A DNA stretch of 64,000 nucleotides from Flavobacteriia bacterium (GTDB taxonomy: Bacteria > Bacteroidota > Bacteroidia > Flavobacteriales_D > Crocinitomicaceae): NCBI GenBank assembly GCA_947462925.1, contig CANHQP010000010.1, positions 13,664 to 77,663 of the forward strand, written 5' to 3'. This document shows, in pieces, positions 38,134 through 47,311 of this stretch. Both the position numbers and the translations under genes were made by a program. The notes below the pieces were generated by a model. That model was not told the origin of the DNA, did no database searches, and saw only the letters and a program-made list of their open reading frames with translations. Positions within the stretch are counted from its first letter, which is position 1, and the number at the start of each line of letters is the position of its first letter.

Positions 38134-38900
38134 TAATCAGTCATAAACACAAATACATCTTCGTTGGAATTCCTTTTTCCGCATCGTCTACGATTTCAAA
38201 AGAATTGCTCGAAAATTATGACGGAGAATTCATTTTAAACAAACACACCAATATACCTACGCTACTTAACGAATTTAAAGGTAATATCAACGAATATTTC
38301 GTTTTTGGAATATACAGATCTCCAATAGAGATAATAAAATCTAGGTATAATAAACTTCGAAACAATCCTGAAAATAGATTTTCAGATGAAAAATTTGCAC
38401 GAAAAAATGGTGGATATGTTTCAGAAAAGTCAAGAAAATTTTCAAAACTAATACGGGAGAACGATTTGACTTTTTTAGAGTATCTAAAATTAAATTATAA
38501 GTTGCTTCCCTACAATAATGAATTTACGATAAATGCACCGTATTTAAATTTTATATTAGATTTTAATAATCTTGAAAATGATTTTGAGTTAGTTCTAAGA
38601 AAAATAGGATTAAAAATGGCAACAAATCTCGACAAGACAAATTCCACCAAAAAACGAAGTGACATAGATTATAATGTTCCTGAATCTATTATTTCTAAAT
38701 ATTTTGCTCCCTTTCTAAAATATAATTCAAAGTATATTCCTCATTATTCTGAGCCAAAAGTCAATTACTTTTTTTATTTAGTTTTCCTATTAACAAATAA
38801 AATGCGTGCAAAAAGGACTTTAAGTGCTGATAAATATAGAACACTAAAAAATGACCTACACTTCTCTGAAAATAAGTTTTTAAGGAATAAAATAAAATAA
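38130..38900 (+). CDS. Divergent sulfotransferase-like protein (Sulfotransfer_2-like; PAPS-loop lysine missing)
   Basis: KYIFVGIPFSASSTISKEL aligns by eye with the 5'-PSB loop (IPKTGGTS), but Lys is replaced by Phe. FGIYRSPIEIIKSRY resembles the 3'-PB motif RxPxxRxxSxY. ATGA overlap with wzx. Confidence 0.4.
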   Translation: MIISHKHKYIFVGIPFSASSTISKELLENYDGEFILNKHTNIPTLLNEFKGNINEYFVFGIYRSPIEIIKSRYNKLRNNPENRFSDEKFARKNGGYVSEKSRKFSKLIRENDLTFLEYLKLNYKLLPYNNEFTINAPYLNFILDFNNLENDFELVLRKIGLKMATNLDKTNSTKKRSDIDYNVPESIISKYFAPFLKYNSKYIPHYSEPKVNYFFYLVFLLTNKMRAKRTLSADKYRTLKNDLHFSENKFLRNKIK

Positions 38901-39219
38901 TCATTTTTATGCGAAATCATCAAATTTACTTTTGGATTTGTTTGTGCGTCTGCTCTTTTTTATTAGTGCGCAAATTGTTTACGATTAAATTTTCAATTAT
39001 AAAATATATTTCGTCAGCACTAATACTATTTATTTATCGTCTTTTTTACGTCATTTAAAGACAAATCAGCTATTTTCAATCTGACATTATTCTTATTGTG
39101 CCTTTCAATTATTTCTATTGTTTATCCAAATTCAATTAAAAGCTCAAATAAACGGCCGAAAAATATATGAGAAAGCGTTTATGTAAAATATTGAAAGCAA
39201 ATTCTAATATAAAATTGAT

Positions 39220-40131
39220 ATGACAGAAAAAAGTTTTAAAGATAAAACATTAATTTTAGTTGTTGGTGTTCACAAAGCTGCAACAACTTCCTTTTATGAA
39301 TACCTTACAAATCAAGAAGAAATATTTACTCCTAGCATTAAGGAACTACATTTTTTCACACCATTGGTTTACAATTCTAATGTGGAGTTAAACATCAATA
39401 AATATTTAAAATATTTTGAGAACACAACGAAAAAACATATACTCGATGTAAGTCCGTCTTATTTTTATGGCGGAAACGTAATAATAGATGAAATAAGAAA
39501 GTATACCGACCGAGTTAAAATTGTTCTCATTTTGCGTGATCCTACCGAAAGATTTATATCTTTTTACAAACAAGGAATAAAAACGGGTAGAATAAAGAAC
39601 AAAATGTCACTTTCTGCTTATTTCGAGCAATGCAAAATCGAGCATTCCAAATACTTGGAAAATAAAATTCACTATGACACATTTACCAACAGAGGGTTGC
39701 GAGAAGGATGTTATTCTCTCTACATTAATGAATGGTTAACGAATTTCAAAGAAAATCTACATATAATATTTTTTGAAGATTTAGTTAAGGATAGTAAAGA
39801 AGAAATGGATATTTTTGCTGAATCAGCAAATCTGAAATTGAATTTAAATCAAGTTTCTTTTGAAGCAGTAAATGTATCAAGAAAACCAAGAAGTCAATTT
39901 TTGGGAAAAATAAAATCAAAATTATTTAGACAAAATGAATCCTTTTTAAGAAAAAATAAAAAATTGAAAGACTTCTTGAAAAAATTGTACAATTCAATTA
40001 ATACCACTGAATATAAAAAAGAAGCATACATAGAAGAAAAATTGAAAATTTCTGAGTTTTATGAACAATATAATAAGAAATTAGTAAATATATTAACTAA
40101 TAAAGCTGAAAAAATTAAAAAATGGAAATAA
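39220..40131 (+). CDS. PAPS-dependent sulfotransferase
   Basis: 5'-PSB loop LILVVGVHKAATTSFYEYL and 3'-PB motif LILRDPTERFISFY. No signal peptide or TM segment seen. Confidence 0.7.
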   Translation: MTEKSFKDKTLILVVGVHKAATTSFYEYLTNQEEIFTPSIKELHFFTPLVYNSNVELNINKYLKYFENTTKKHILDVSPSYFYGGNVIIDEIRKYTDRVKIVLILRDPTERFISFYKQGIKTGRIKNKMSLSAYFEQCKIEHSKYLENKIHYDTFTNRGLREGCYSLYINEWLTNFKENLHIIFFEDLVKDSKEEMDIFAESANLKLNLNQVSFEAVNVSRKPRSQFLGKIKSKLFRQNESFLRKNKKLKDFLKKLYNSINTTEYKKEAYIEEKLKISEFYEQYNKKLVNILTNKAEKIKKWK

Positions 40132-40294
40132 ACAACATTGCTCTTCTATCGGATTGTTTCACAAAAGTAGAAAACTAAAAAAACTCCAATCAGCAACAGA
40201 AGATAAATTAAAAAATTAAAAGTTTTTGAGTTTGAAAAATATTAAAATAACAATAAATTGAAATTTTAATAGTGTTGTTAAATTTAAATAAAAA

Positions 40295-41500
40295 ATGAAT
40301 TACCTCATTATACTTTATATAGTCTCCATCTTCAATGTTTTTTACTTGACACCAGTATCAATCTTTGCTGATATTTATATACAAGCGTTTTCTTTATTAG
40401 GGATATTCACTATCTTCAGCCACAGATATTACAAACAAAAAAGCACTAGATATTTGATATTTTCACTAATAGTATTAATTATATCTTCTGTTTTTTCCTC
40501 TATATTATTTTTAAACCAAGATGGTATTTCAGCATTAATTGCTACACAAAATCTCTTCAAAGGATTTTCTGTATTTTATTTTGTCCAAAATATTAAATCA
40601 AATAAAATTGACTTAACACTTGTATTAAAAAGCTTGATAAGAATAGTTTGGTATTTTACCATATTCCTAACATTTGCTTCCTTAACAAAATTTGCATTCA
40701 CTTTTATCTCTCCGGTTTCTGGAAACCAGCTTGAAATTACAGCTGATAAATATTCAAAAGATTTACTGTACCTTGGTGAAATGTATTTTTTAGCAAAATA
40801 TTTTAAAACAGGTAAATTCATCAATATAATTTATTTGGGGCTAATTTTTACTTCAACTCAACTTTACGATATTCAAAGGGGTGATTTCATCTTTATGATT
40901 GCTATTTTGATTATTTGCTTGTTTCTTTATCGTAAATACTTTTCATCCTTCAAGATTTATTTAATAGCACCAATATTTATAGTTTTACTAATAAATTCAT
41001 TTAATAATTCGGAAATAAAAAGTAACATCACTAATAAATTTGGACAGATGTTGATGGTTTTCAATGCAGAAGAATCTGGTAAGATTGATGATGCGTCTAT
41101 TTTTGTTAGATTAAAGGAGATTGACTTTGCTGTAAATGGTTTCATGGAAAGTCCGATTTCAGGTAAAGGACTTATTAGAAGTTCTAAACAAAAAGATTTA
41201 ATTGGTGACGTATACTTCTATACAGGTGATATCGGAATTTATGGTATATTATTTACATTTGGAATAATTGGGATGGTTATTCTCTCTTATTACGTCATTT
41301 GGGCGATAAAAATTAAATATAGGCAACTAAATATAGTTTTTTCTGGATTTTATATATACACCATTTATATATTGCTTTACACTCTTAAAGATGGATTTAT
41401 TATGTTCAATATAACACAATTTATTTTTTGTGTTCTCTTAACAAAACTTTCTCTCGAACATTCATTAAAACACAGAAATCATGTCTCAATTGCAAATTAA
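40295..41500 (+). CDS. wzy: Wzy-type polysaccharide polymerase / O-antigen ligase-like membrane protein
   Basis: 401 aa with ~10 TM helices and one larger loop (NAEESGKIDDASIFVRLKEIDFAVNGF). Placed in a Wzx/Wza/Wzc locus. Confidence 0.55.
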   Translation: MNYLIILYIVSIFNVFYLTPVSIFADIYIQAFSLLGIFTIFSHRYYKQKSTRYLIFSLIVLIISSVFSSILFLNQDGISALIATQNLFKGFSVFYFVQNIKSNKIDLTLVLKSLIRIVWYFTIFLTFASLTKFAFTFISPVSGNQLEITADKYSKDLLYLGEMYFLAKYFKTGKFINIIYLGLIFTSTQLYDIQRGDFIFMIAILIICLFLYRKYFSSFKIYLIAPIFIVLLINSFNNSEIKSNITNKFGQMLMVFNAEESGKIDDASIFVRLKEIDFAVNGFMESPISGKGLIRSSKQKDLIGDVYFYTGDIGIYGILFTFGIIGMVILSYYVIWAIKIKYRQLNIVFSGFYIYTIYILLYTLKDGFIMFNITQFIFCVLLTKLSLEHSLKHRNHVSIAN

Positions 41501-42374
41501 ACCGAATCTCTTCATTGTCGGCGCACCAAAATCAGGAACTACCTTTTTGTATAACAAATTGCAAATATTTAGTGAATTTTATTTTACTGAAATAAAAGAA
41601 TTAAACTATTTTTCATATGATGAAATAGCAGAATCAAAATCTTACTACAATGATTACAAAGTAAAAGAAATAGAACGGTACTTAAATTTCTTTAAAAATG
41701 CTGATAAACAAAAATATAAAGTAGATACAAGTGTTTCCTATTTTTCATATCCTAGGACAGCAAATAGAATTTTTGAATTCAATCCTGAATCGAAAATTAT
41801 TGCTATATTGAGAAATCCTATTAAAAGGGCATTTTCGCACTACCAAATGGATGTTAGAATGGGGCATGCAAAACACTCTTTCAAAAATTATATTGAAGAC
41901 AAAAATGAACATCAAGCTCATTACCATCAATATATTACAAACAGTTTATATCATAGTAATATTTCTAGATATATCGAAAAATTTGGAACCAAAAACGTTT
42001 TAGTACTAATATTAGAAGAAATAGAAGTGGAATTGCCAAAGTTGTTTGATTTTTTGAATATCGAAAATAGCTCATCTGAAATTGACACAGGAGATAAAAT
42101 TAATGTTAATAAGAAACCTAAAAATTTTATTTCGAAATTTTTTCAAAATAATCGCAGATTAGCAGAGAAATTGAAAAAATATACTCCAGAATATTTGGTC
42201 AATTTTTACAAAAAATATTTTTATGAAAATGCAGAAATAATTACAATAACTGATGAAGAATATGAAATTTGCAGAAAACTACTTTCTAAAGAAGTAGATG
42301 AATTATCCACCTTATTAAACAAAAATTTATCGAACTTATGGCTGATGAATTTACCTCAAAAAAACAAAAATTAA
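41481..42374 (+). CDS. PAPS-dependent sulfotransferase (canonical motifs)
   Basis: 5'-PSB loop LFIVGAPKSGTTFLYNKL and 3'-PB motif AILRNPIKRAFSHYQM. 20-nt overlap with wzy. No signal peptide. Confidence 0.8.
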   Translation: MSQLQIKPNLFIVGAPKSGTTFLYNKLQIFSEFYFTEIKELNYFSYDEIAESKSYYNDYKVKEIERYLNFFKNADKQKYKVDTSVSYFSYPRTANRIFEFNPESKIIAILRNPIKRAFSHYQMDVRMGHAKHSFKNYIEDKNEHQAHYHQYITNSLYHSNISRYIEKFGTKNVLVLILEEIEVELPKLFDFLNIENSSSEIDTGDKINVNKKPKNFISKFFQNNRRLAEKLKKYTPEYLVNFYKKYFYENAEIITITDEEYEICRKLLSKEVDELSTLLNKNLSNLWLMNLPQKNKN

Positions 42375-43492
42375 TGCCAATAAAACATTTAAAAATAGCT
42401 TTGATAGATCCTGTTGGGGGGAAAGGTGGAATGGATTTTTACGACTATGGGCTCGCACAAGGTCTTGCTAGTAACAACTGTGAAGTATTTTATTTCACTT
42501 GCAATCAAACCCGTGAAATAAAAAACAATAATATAAATACAATATTTTTCTTTGGGGAAATTTGGAATAAAAAAAAGTTTTTTAAGTTAATCTTACTATT
42601 AAATGGTTATAAAAAAGCTTTCAAATATTGTAAAAAAAATAAAATAGAAATTATTCATTTTCAATTTTTTAGTTTAAAAATACCAAATCTAATCGCTCTC
42701 CTAATGTGTAAGTTTTTTGGTTTAAAAAGAATAGTAACACTTCACGACATTGACTCATTTAGAGGGAAAGAAAGATTATTTCTCCAAAAAAAAGCATTTT
42801 CATTGACTCAGAAATTAATCGTTCATAATCAGTTTTCTTTAAATGAAATTACCAAAAAAGGAATTTCAAAACAGAAGGTAGCGATAATTCCCCACGGAAA
42901 CTATATTCCTTTCGTTGAAAAAGTAACAGCTAATGAACCTTCAAGAATATTAAATTTGTTATTTTTTGGACAAATCAAAGAAGTAAAAGGATTAGAAATT
43001 CTACTCAACGCCTTTGCAAAAGCTTACAAAGAAAATGGAAACATCAGATTGACAATTGCAGGAAAACCATGGGGAACAAGTTCTGAAAAATATTCAAAAA
43101 TGATTTCTAACTTGAAAATAGAAAAAGTAGTTCATACCAATTTTAGTTATATTCCAAATGATGAAATTCATTTATATTTTCAAAAAAGTGATGTGGTAGT
43201 TTTGCCATATAAAAAGATTTACCAAAGTGGTGTGTTGTTACTTTCAATGAGCTACGGGCGCGTATGTTTGTGTTCAGATTTAGATGCTTTTAAAGAAATT
43301 GTAGTAGATAATGAAACAGGTTATATTTTCGAAAATAAAAATGTAGACTCACTCTCAAAAAAAATTCTCGAAATTTATAAAGACAAAAGTGATATAACTA
43401 GAATTGAAAATAACGCACAAGAATTACTAAAGAAAAATTTTGGATGGAACAACATAGCTATAATGTCAATAGAACTTTATCAAACAGTATAA
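42374..43492 (+). CDS. GT4-family (GT-B, Glycos_transf_1) glycosyltransferase
   Basis: The C-terminal half has the typical LLFFGQIKEVKGLE ... VVVLPY ... ETGYIF (EX7E region). ATG 42374 gives a TAATG overlap with the preceding stop. Confidence 0.75.
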   Translation: MPIKHLKIALIDPVGGKGGMDFYDYGLAQGLASNNCEVFYFTCNQTREIKNNNINTIFFFGEIWNKKKFFKLILLLNGYKKAFKYCKKNKIEIIHFQFFSLKIPNLIALLMCKFFGLKRIVTLHDIDSFRGKERLFLQKKAFSLTQKLIVHNQFSLNEITKKGISKQKVAIIPHGNYIPFVEKVTANEPSRILNLLFFGQIKEVKGLEILLNAFAKAYKENGNIRLTIAGKPWGTSSEKYSKMISNLKIEKVVHTNFSYIPNDEIHLYFQKSDVVVLPYKKIYQSGVLLLSMSYGRVCLCSDLDAFKEIVVDNETGYIFENKNVDSLSKKILEIYKDKSDITRIENNAQELLKKNFGWNNIAIMSIELYQTV

Positions 43493-43571
43493 AATTATAT
43501 TAAGTGTAACTCGCCTGATAAATGAAAATCAATGAAGAGTTTTGAAATCTATACTTAAAAATAAATTACAG

Positions 43572-44921
43572 ATGAAAAATAAAATCGCTATCATTTTGCT
43601 GGTATTTGTTGGATTATTTTCTTGTAATAATTTATCCGATAGCATACAGCTAAGTGCTTCAAATGTCTCTAACGAAAAAAATAAAATAAATTTTGAAATT
43701 ACTGATAGTACAAGATTTTTCATCGCAAATGAACTAACAAAGATATCTTATACAGGGAATTATCCAACTTCATTTCCTATAATCGCAATTTTTTTAGAAG
43801 AATCGGTTAGGAAACAAAATGAAGGGTCAAAATCAGAAACAGAATTAAAGATAATTAAAGATGTTTTAATAAAGGGCCGCCCTAAAAGTTACTTTAAAAT
43901 AGATATTGGAGAAAAAATAACCACAATTTCAGCTGCAGAAGACGAAGGCTTGCACAATGGCATAAATTATTTCAGAAAATTAATTTTAGAAAAATCAGGA
44001 AAAATACCTTTGATGAAATATGAAGATTTCTCTGCAATTGAAAACCGGACACTTCATTTAGTAATGAGAAACGATTCAATAGAAAAATTTTATTCTTACA
44101 TAGATTCAGCAAGATATTATAATTACAATAAAATTATACTAGAAATTTCAAATCAAATTGATCTTCAGTTTTTTAATAGAATTGAAGTAACGAAAAAAAA
44201 ATTAAATAGAAAAGATTTTTTGAAGTTTATTGATTATACAATAAAATCAGGATTTGATATTATTCCTGAAATTAAACTACTAACAAAACAAAAAAAAACA
44301 TTTTCAAATAAGTATCCAGAATTGCTATTTAACGATCAAACCTACGACCCGAGAAACAGTAAAGTTTATGAAAAAATTTTCCAGCTAATAGATGAAGTAA
44401 TTACTTTAATACCATGTAATTCAATTCACATTGGGCATGATGAGGTATATGGATTCGGAGAAAAAGAAGCTGAAAAAAAAATCAAGATTTTGCCCGCTAG
44501 TTTATTTGCAGAAGATGTTAATATATTGTTTCAATATCTAAAAAGCAAAAATAAAAAAACGCTGATTTGGGGAGATATGATTTGGAGCAGGAAAGAGTTT
44601 CCAAATGAGAGAGGTAATAAATTAAGTCTGGAAAATTATGAAAACGTTGTAAATTTAATCCCAAGGGAAATAATAATTTGTGATTGGCATTACAAATCAA
44701 AATTCTCTGAATTTCCAACTTTTAAAAAATTTGATGATTTGGGATTTGAAGTATGGGGAGCAACTTGGGATGACTTGTTAGTTATGTCCAATTTCACTGC
44801 ATACGCCAAGAAACAAAAATTAAAAAAAGAATTTGGAATGATAGCTACCACTTGGAATAGAGACATTAAAACAGTATATGAAATCATCAGAAAATCAGGA
44901 AAAAAATTCTGGAATGAATAA
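43572..44921 (+). CDS. Lipoprotein with a GH20-like (beta-N-acetylhexosaminidase-type) catalytic domain
   Basis: Lipobox LLVFVGLFSC. TIM-barrel-like blocks are in GH20 order: RTLHLVM, YNKIILEI, IIPEIKLL, NSIHIGHDEV (Asp-Glu pair), LIWGDM, CDWHY. Confidence 0.5.
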   Translation: MKNKIAIILLVFVGLFSCNNLSDSIQLSASNVSNEKNKINFEITDSTRFFIANELTKISYTGNYPTSFPIIAIFLEESVRKQNEGSKSETELKIIKDVLIKGRPKSYFKIDIGEKITTISAAEDEGLHNGINYFRKLILEKSGKIPLMKYEDFSAIENRTLHLVMRNDSIEKFYSYIDSARYYNYNKIILEISNQIDLQFFNRIEVTKKKLNRKDFLKFIDYTIKSGFDIIPEIKLLTKQKKTFSNKYPELLFNDQTYDPRNSKVYEKIFQLIDEVITLIPCNSIHIGHDEVYGFGEKEAEKKIKILPASLFAEDVNILFQYLKSKNKKTLIWGDMIWSRKEFPNERGNKLSLENYENVVNLIPREIIICDWHYKSKFSEFPTFKKFDDLGFEVWGATWDDLLVMSNFTAYAKKQKLKKEFGMIATTWNRDIKTVYEIIRKSGKKFWNE

Positions 44922-45993
44922 GTCAGTTGCAATTATAGGATCTGTCGGAATACCCGCAAAATATGGTGGTTTTGAGACATTAGCAGAATATTTAACGAAG
45001 AATTTATCAGATAAGGTAGATTTTACTGTTTATTGCTCAGCAAAAGCATATCCTAAAAAATTAAAAGAGTACAATCATAGCAAACTAGAATATATTCCGT
45101 TGAAAGCAAACGGTATACAGAGTATTCCCTACGACATTATTTCCCTGCTTAAGGTCAAGAGAAAAACAAAAACGGTTCTTATTTTAGGAGTTGCTTGTGG
45201 TATAATTTTGCCTTTATATCGATTGTTTTATTCAAAAAAGCTCATTGTAAATATAGATGGTCTTGAATGGAAGCGAGAAAAGTGGGGAAAAGTAGCAAAA
45301 TGGTACTTGAAGTTTTCAGAAAAAGTTGCTGTTAAATCAGCAGATGTAGTTATTGCAGACAATAAAGTTATCCAGGATTATGTTCAAAATGAATATGGAA
45401 AAAATGCTGTATTAATAGAATATGGAGCTGATCATTCGATATCATTACCACTTTCCGATGAAATCAAAAAAGAATTTTCTTTTACCAATTTTGAGTATGC
45501 ATTTAAAGTTTGTAGAATTGAGCCCGAAAATAATATTAAAATGATTTTGGAGGCATTTTCAAAGCAAACAAAATATCATTTAGTTATTGTAGGGAATTGG
45601 GAAAACAGTGAATATGGAATAGACTTATTTTCAAAATTTAGTAAGTTTGAAAATATTCATCTTTGTGATCCGATATATGATTTATTGATATTGAACCAAT
45701 TAAGAAGTAATGCTTTTCTATATATTCATGGACACAGTGCCGGTGGTACCAATCCTTCGCTTGTCGAGGCTATGTACTTATCTATACCTATCATATCTTT
45801 TGATATAAACTACAATAGAGAAACAACAGAAAATAAAGCATATAGCTATTTTAAAAATTCAACAGAATTAGTAGAAACTTTGAAAAATATTGATAAAACA
45901 AATCTAATAACTTCAAAAAATGCGCTATTTATAGTTGCTGAAAGAAGATATCAGTGGGAAAATATAACAGATAAGTATTTAAAAAAATTTTAA
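44914..45993 (+). CDS. DUF1972-type GT4 glycosyltransferase (RgpA/WchF-like, probable rhamnosyltransferase)
   Basis: N-terminus KSVAIIGSVGIPAKYGGFETLAEYL is the DUF1972 signature. C-terminus HGHSAGGTNPSLVEAM is the GT-B donor site. Overlaps the preceding gene by 8 nt. Confidence 0.7.
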   Translation: MNKSVAIIGSVGIPAKYGGFETLAEYLTKNLSDKVDFTVYCSAKAYPKKLKEYNHSKLEYIPLKANGIQSIPYDIISLLKVKRKTKTVLILGVACGIILPLYRLFYSKKLIVNIDGLEWKREKWGKVAKWYLKFSEKVAVKSADVVIADNKVIQDYVQNEYGKNAVLIEYGADHSISLPLSDEIKKEFSFTNFEYAFKVCRIEPENNIKMILEAFSKQTKYHLVIVGNWENSEYGIDLFSKFSKFENIHLCDPIYDLLILNQLRSNAFLYIHGHSAGGTNPSLVEAMYLSIPIISFDINYNRETTENKAYSYFKNSTELVETLKNIDKTNLITSKNALFIVAERRYQWENITDKYLKKF

Positions 45994-46107
45994 TTACTTC
46001 TCTGCCGAATCAAACAGAGCAGCTTCAATATTGAATTAATAAAATTGAATTAACATAAACAAACGAATTTTTCAATAATTTTACAAATAATTTCTACAAT
46101 TAATTAT

Positions 46108-47232
46108 ATGAAGCCATCAATATTTGAGATGATAATTGTTTTAATGTCCTCATTTTTGGTCAGCTATATGCTTTATCCAAAAATAATAAGTGTTGTGTCA
46201 TTCAAAAAATTAATGGATAAGCCCAATGATAGGAGCTCACATTCAACAGCAACTCCTAGTTTGGGCGGTATCGCTTTTTATATCGTTCTCATTCTATCTT
46301 TTTATTTTCTTGAACCTTTTGATAAATACAATACAATTCCCTCTTTGATTCCAGGGTTGACAATTCTATTTATAATTGGATTAAAGGATGATTTAGTTGT
46401 GATCTCACCACTGACCAAACTTGGTGCTGAAATAGTCGCAGCAACTTTTTTAGTATTACATCCAAGTTTTGAGATTGAAAGTCTTCATGGATTTTTTGGT
46501 TTGTACGAAGTAAGTAAATTTATTACAGTTCCATTAAGTGTTTTCATTGTTATAGTAATTATCAATTCTTTTAACTTGATAGATGGAATCGACGGTCTTG
46601 CAGCTACAATTGGCACAGTAATATTTGGAACTTTTGGTGCTATATTTTACATGAGCCATTCCTATCTCCTATTGGGAGTTTGTATTGTAATGATAGGTTG
46701 TTTAACCGCATTTTTAAGATTCAATATTTCGCACTCAAAGAAAATATTTATGGGGGACACAGGTTCTCTAATTGTTGGATTTATAATCGGAATGTTAGTA
46801 TTAAGATTCTTAGCATTAACAGATGATAAAATTGCTTTATTACCATTCAAAACAGACAATTATCCATACATTGTGCTTGCAATACTAATTGTTCCATTTT
46901 TTGACACAGCGCGGGTTTTTACAATTCGAATAATGAATAAACGAGGTCCATTTTCGCCAGACCGTAATCACATTCATCACTTACTCATTGATTTCCTTCA
47001 TCTTTCACACATTAAAGCAAGTATTTTTTTAGGGGTATTTAATTTGATATTTGTTTCTATATTTTTATCAATCTCAATATTTTTTAGTCAAAATATAATG
47101 TTTGCTATTAGCGTAATTGCTGTTTTACTTTTAATTTATTTTTTCTTTTTGATAAATAAAAATACAAATGCAATAAAAGCGAAATCAAAAATAAAGAAGC
47201 AATTCAAAAAAAAACTGAGTAGTTATTTATAA
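46108..47232 (+). CDS. Polyprenyl-phosphate N-acetylhexosamine-1-phosphate transferase (WecA/MraY family initiating enzyme)
   Basis: ~10 TM helices. PNPT motifs GLKDD, NSFNLIDGIDGLA and MGDTGS. Confidence 0.8.
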   Translation: MKPSIFEMIIVLMSSFLVSYMLYPKIISVVSFKKLMDKPNDRSSHSTATPSLGGIAFYIVLILSFYFLEPFDKYNTIPSLIPGLTILFIIGLKDDLVVISPLTKLGAEIVAATFLVLHPSFEIESLHGFFGLYEVSKFITVPLSVFIVIVIINSFNLIDGIDGLAATIGTVIFGTFGAIFYMSHSYLLLGVCIVMIGCLTAFLRFNISHSKKIFMGDTGSLIVGFIIGMLVLRFLALTDDKIALLPFKTDNYPYIVLAILIVPFFDTARVFTIRIMNKRGPFSPDRNHIHHLLIDFLHLSHIKASIFLGVFNLIFVSIFLSISIFFSQNIMFAISVIAVLLLIYFFFLINKNTNAIKAKSKIKKQFKKKLSSYL

Positions 47233-47279
47233 TACATGAAATTATCTTATTTCTACTTTAAACTTTGAAAAAAATAACT

Positions 47280-47287
47280 TAATTTTG
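47280..47287 (+). promoter_or_regulatory. Candidate internal -7 box (TAnnTTTG) ahead of wza-wzc
   Basis: taattttg lies 25 nt upstream of ATG 47312, in a 79-nt gap. The nearest TTTG (47264-47267) is spaced only 12 nt away, which is sub-optimal. Confidence 0.25.
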
Positions 47288-47311
47288 CCATTTTTAAAAC
47301 AAGTCATCTAC

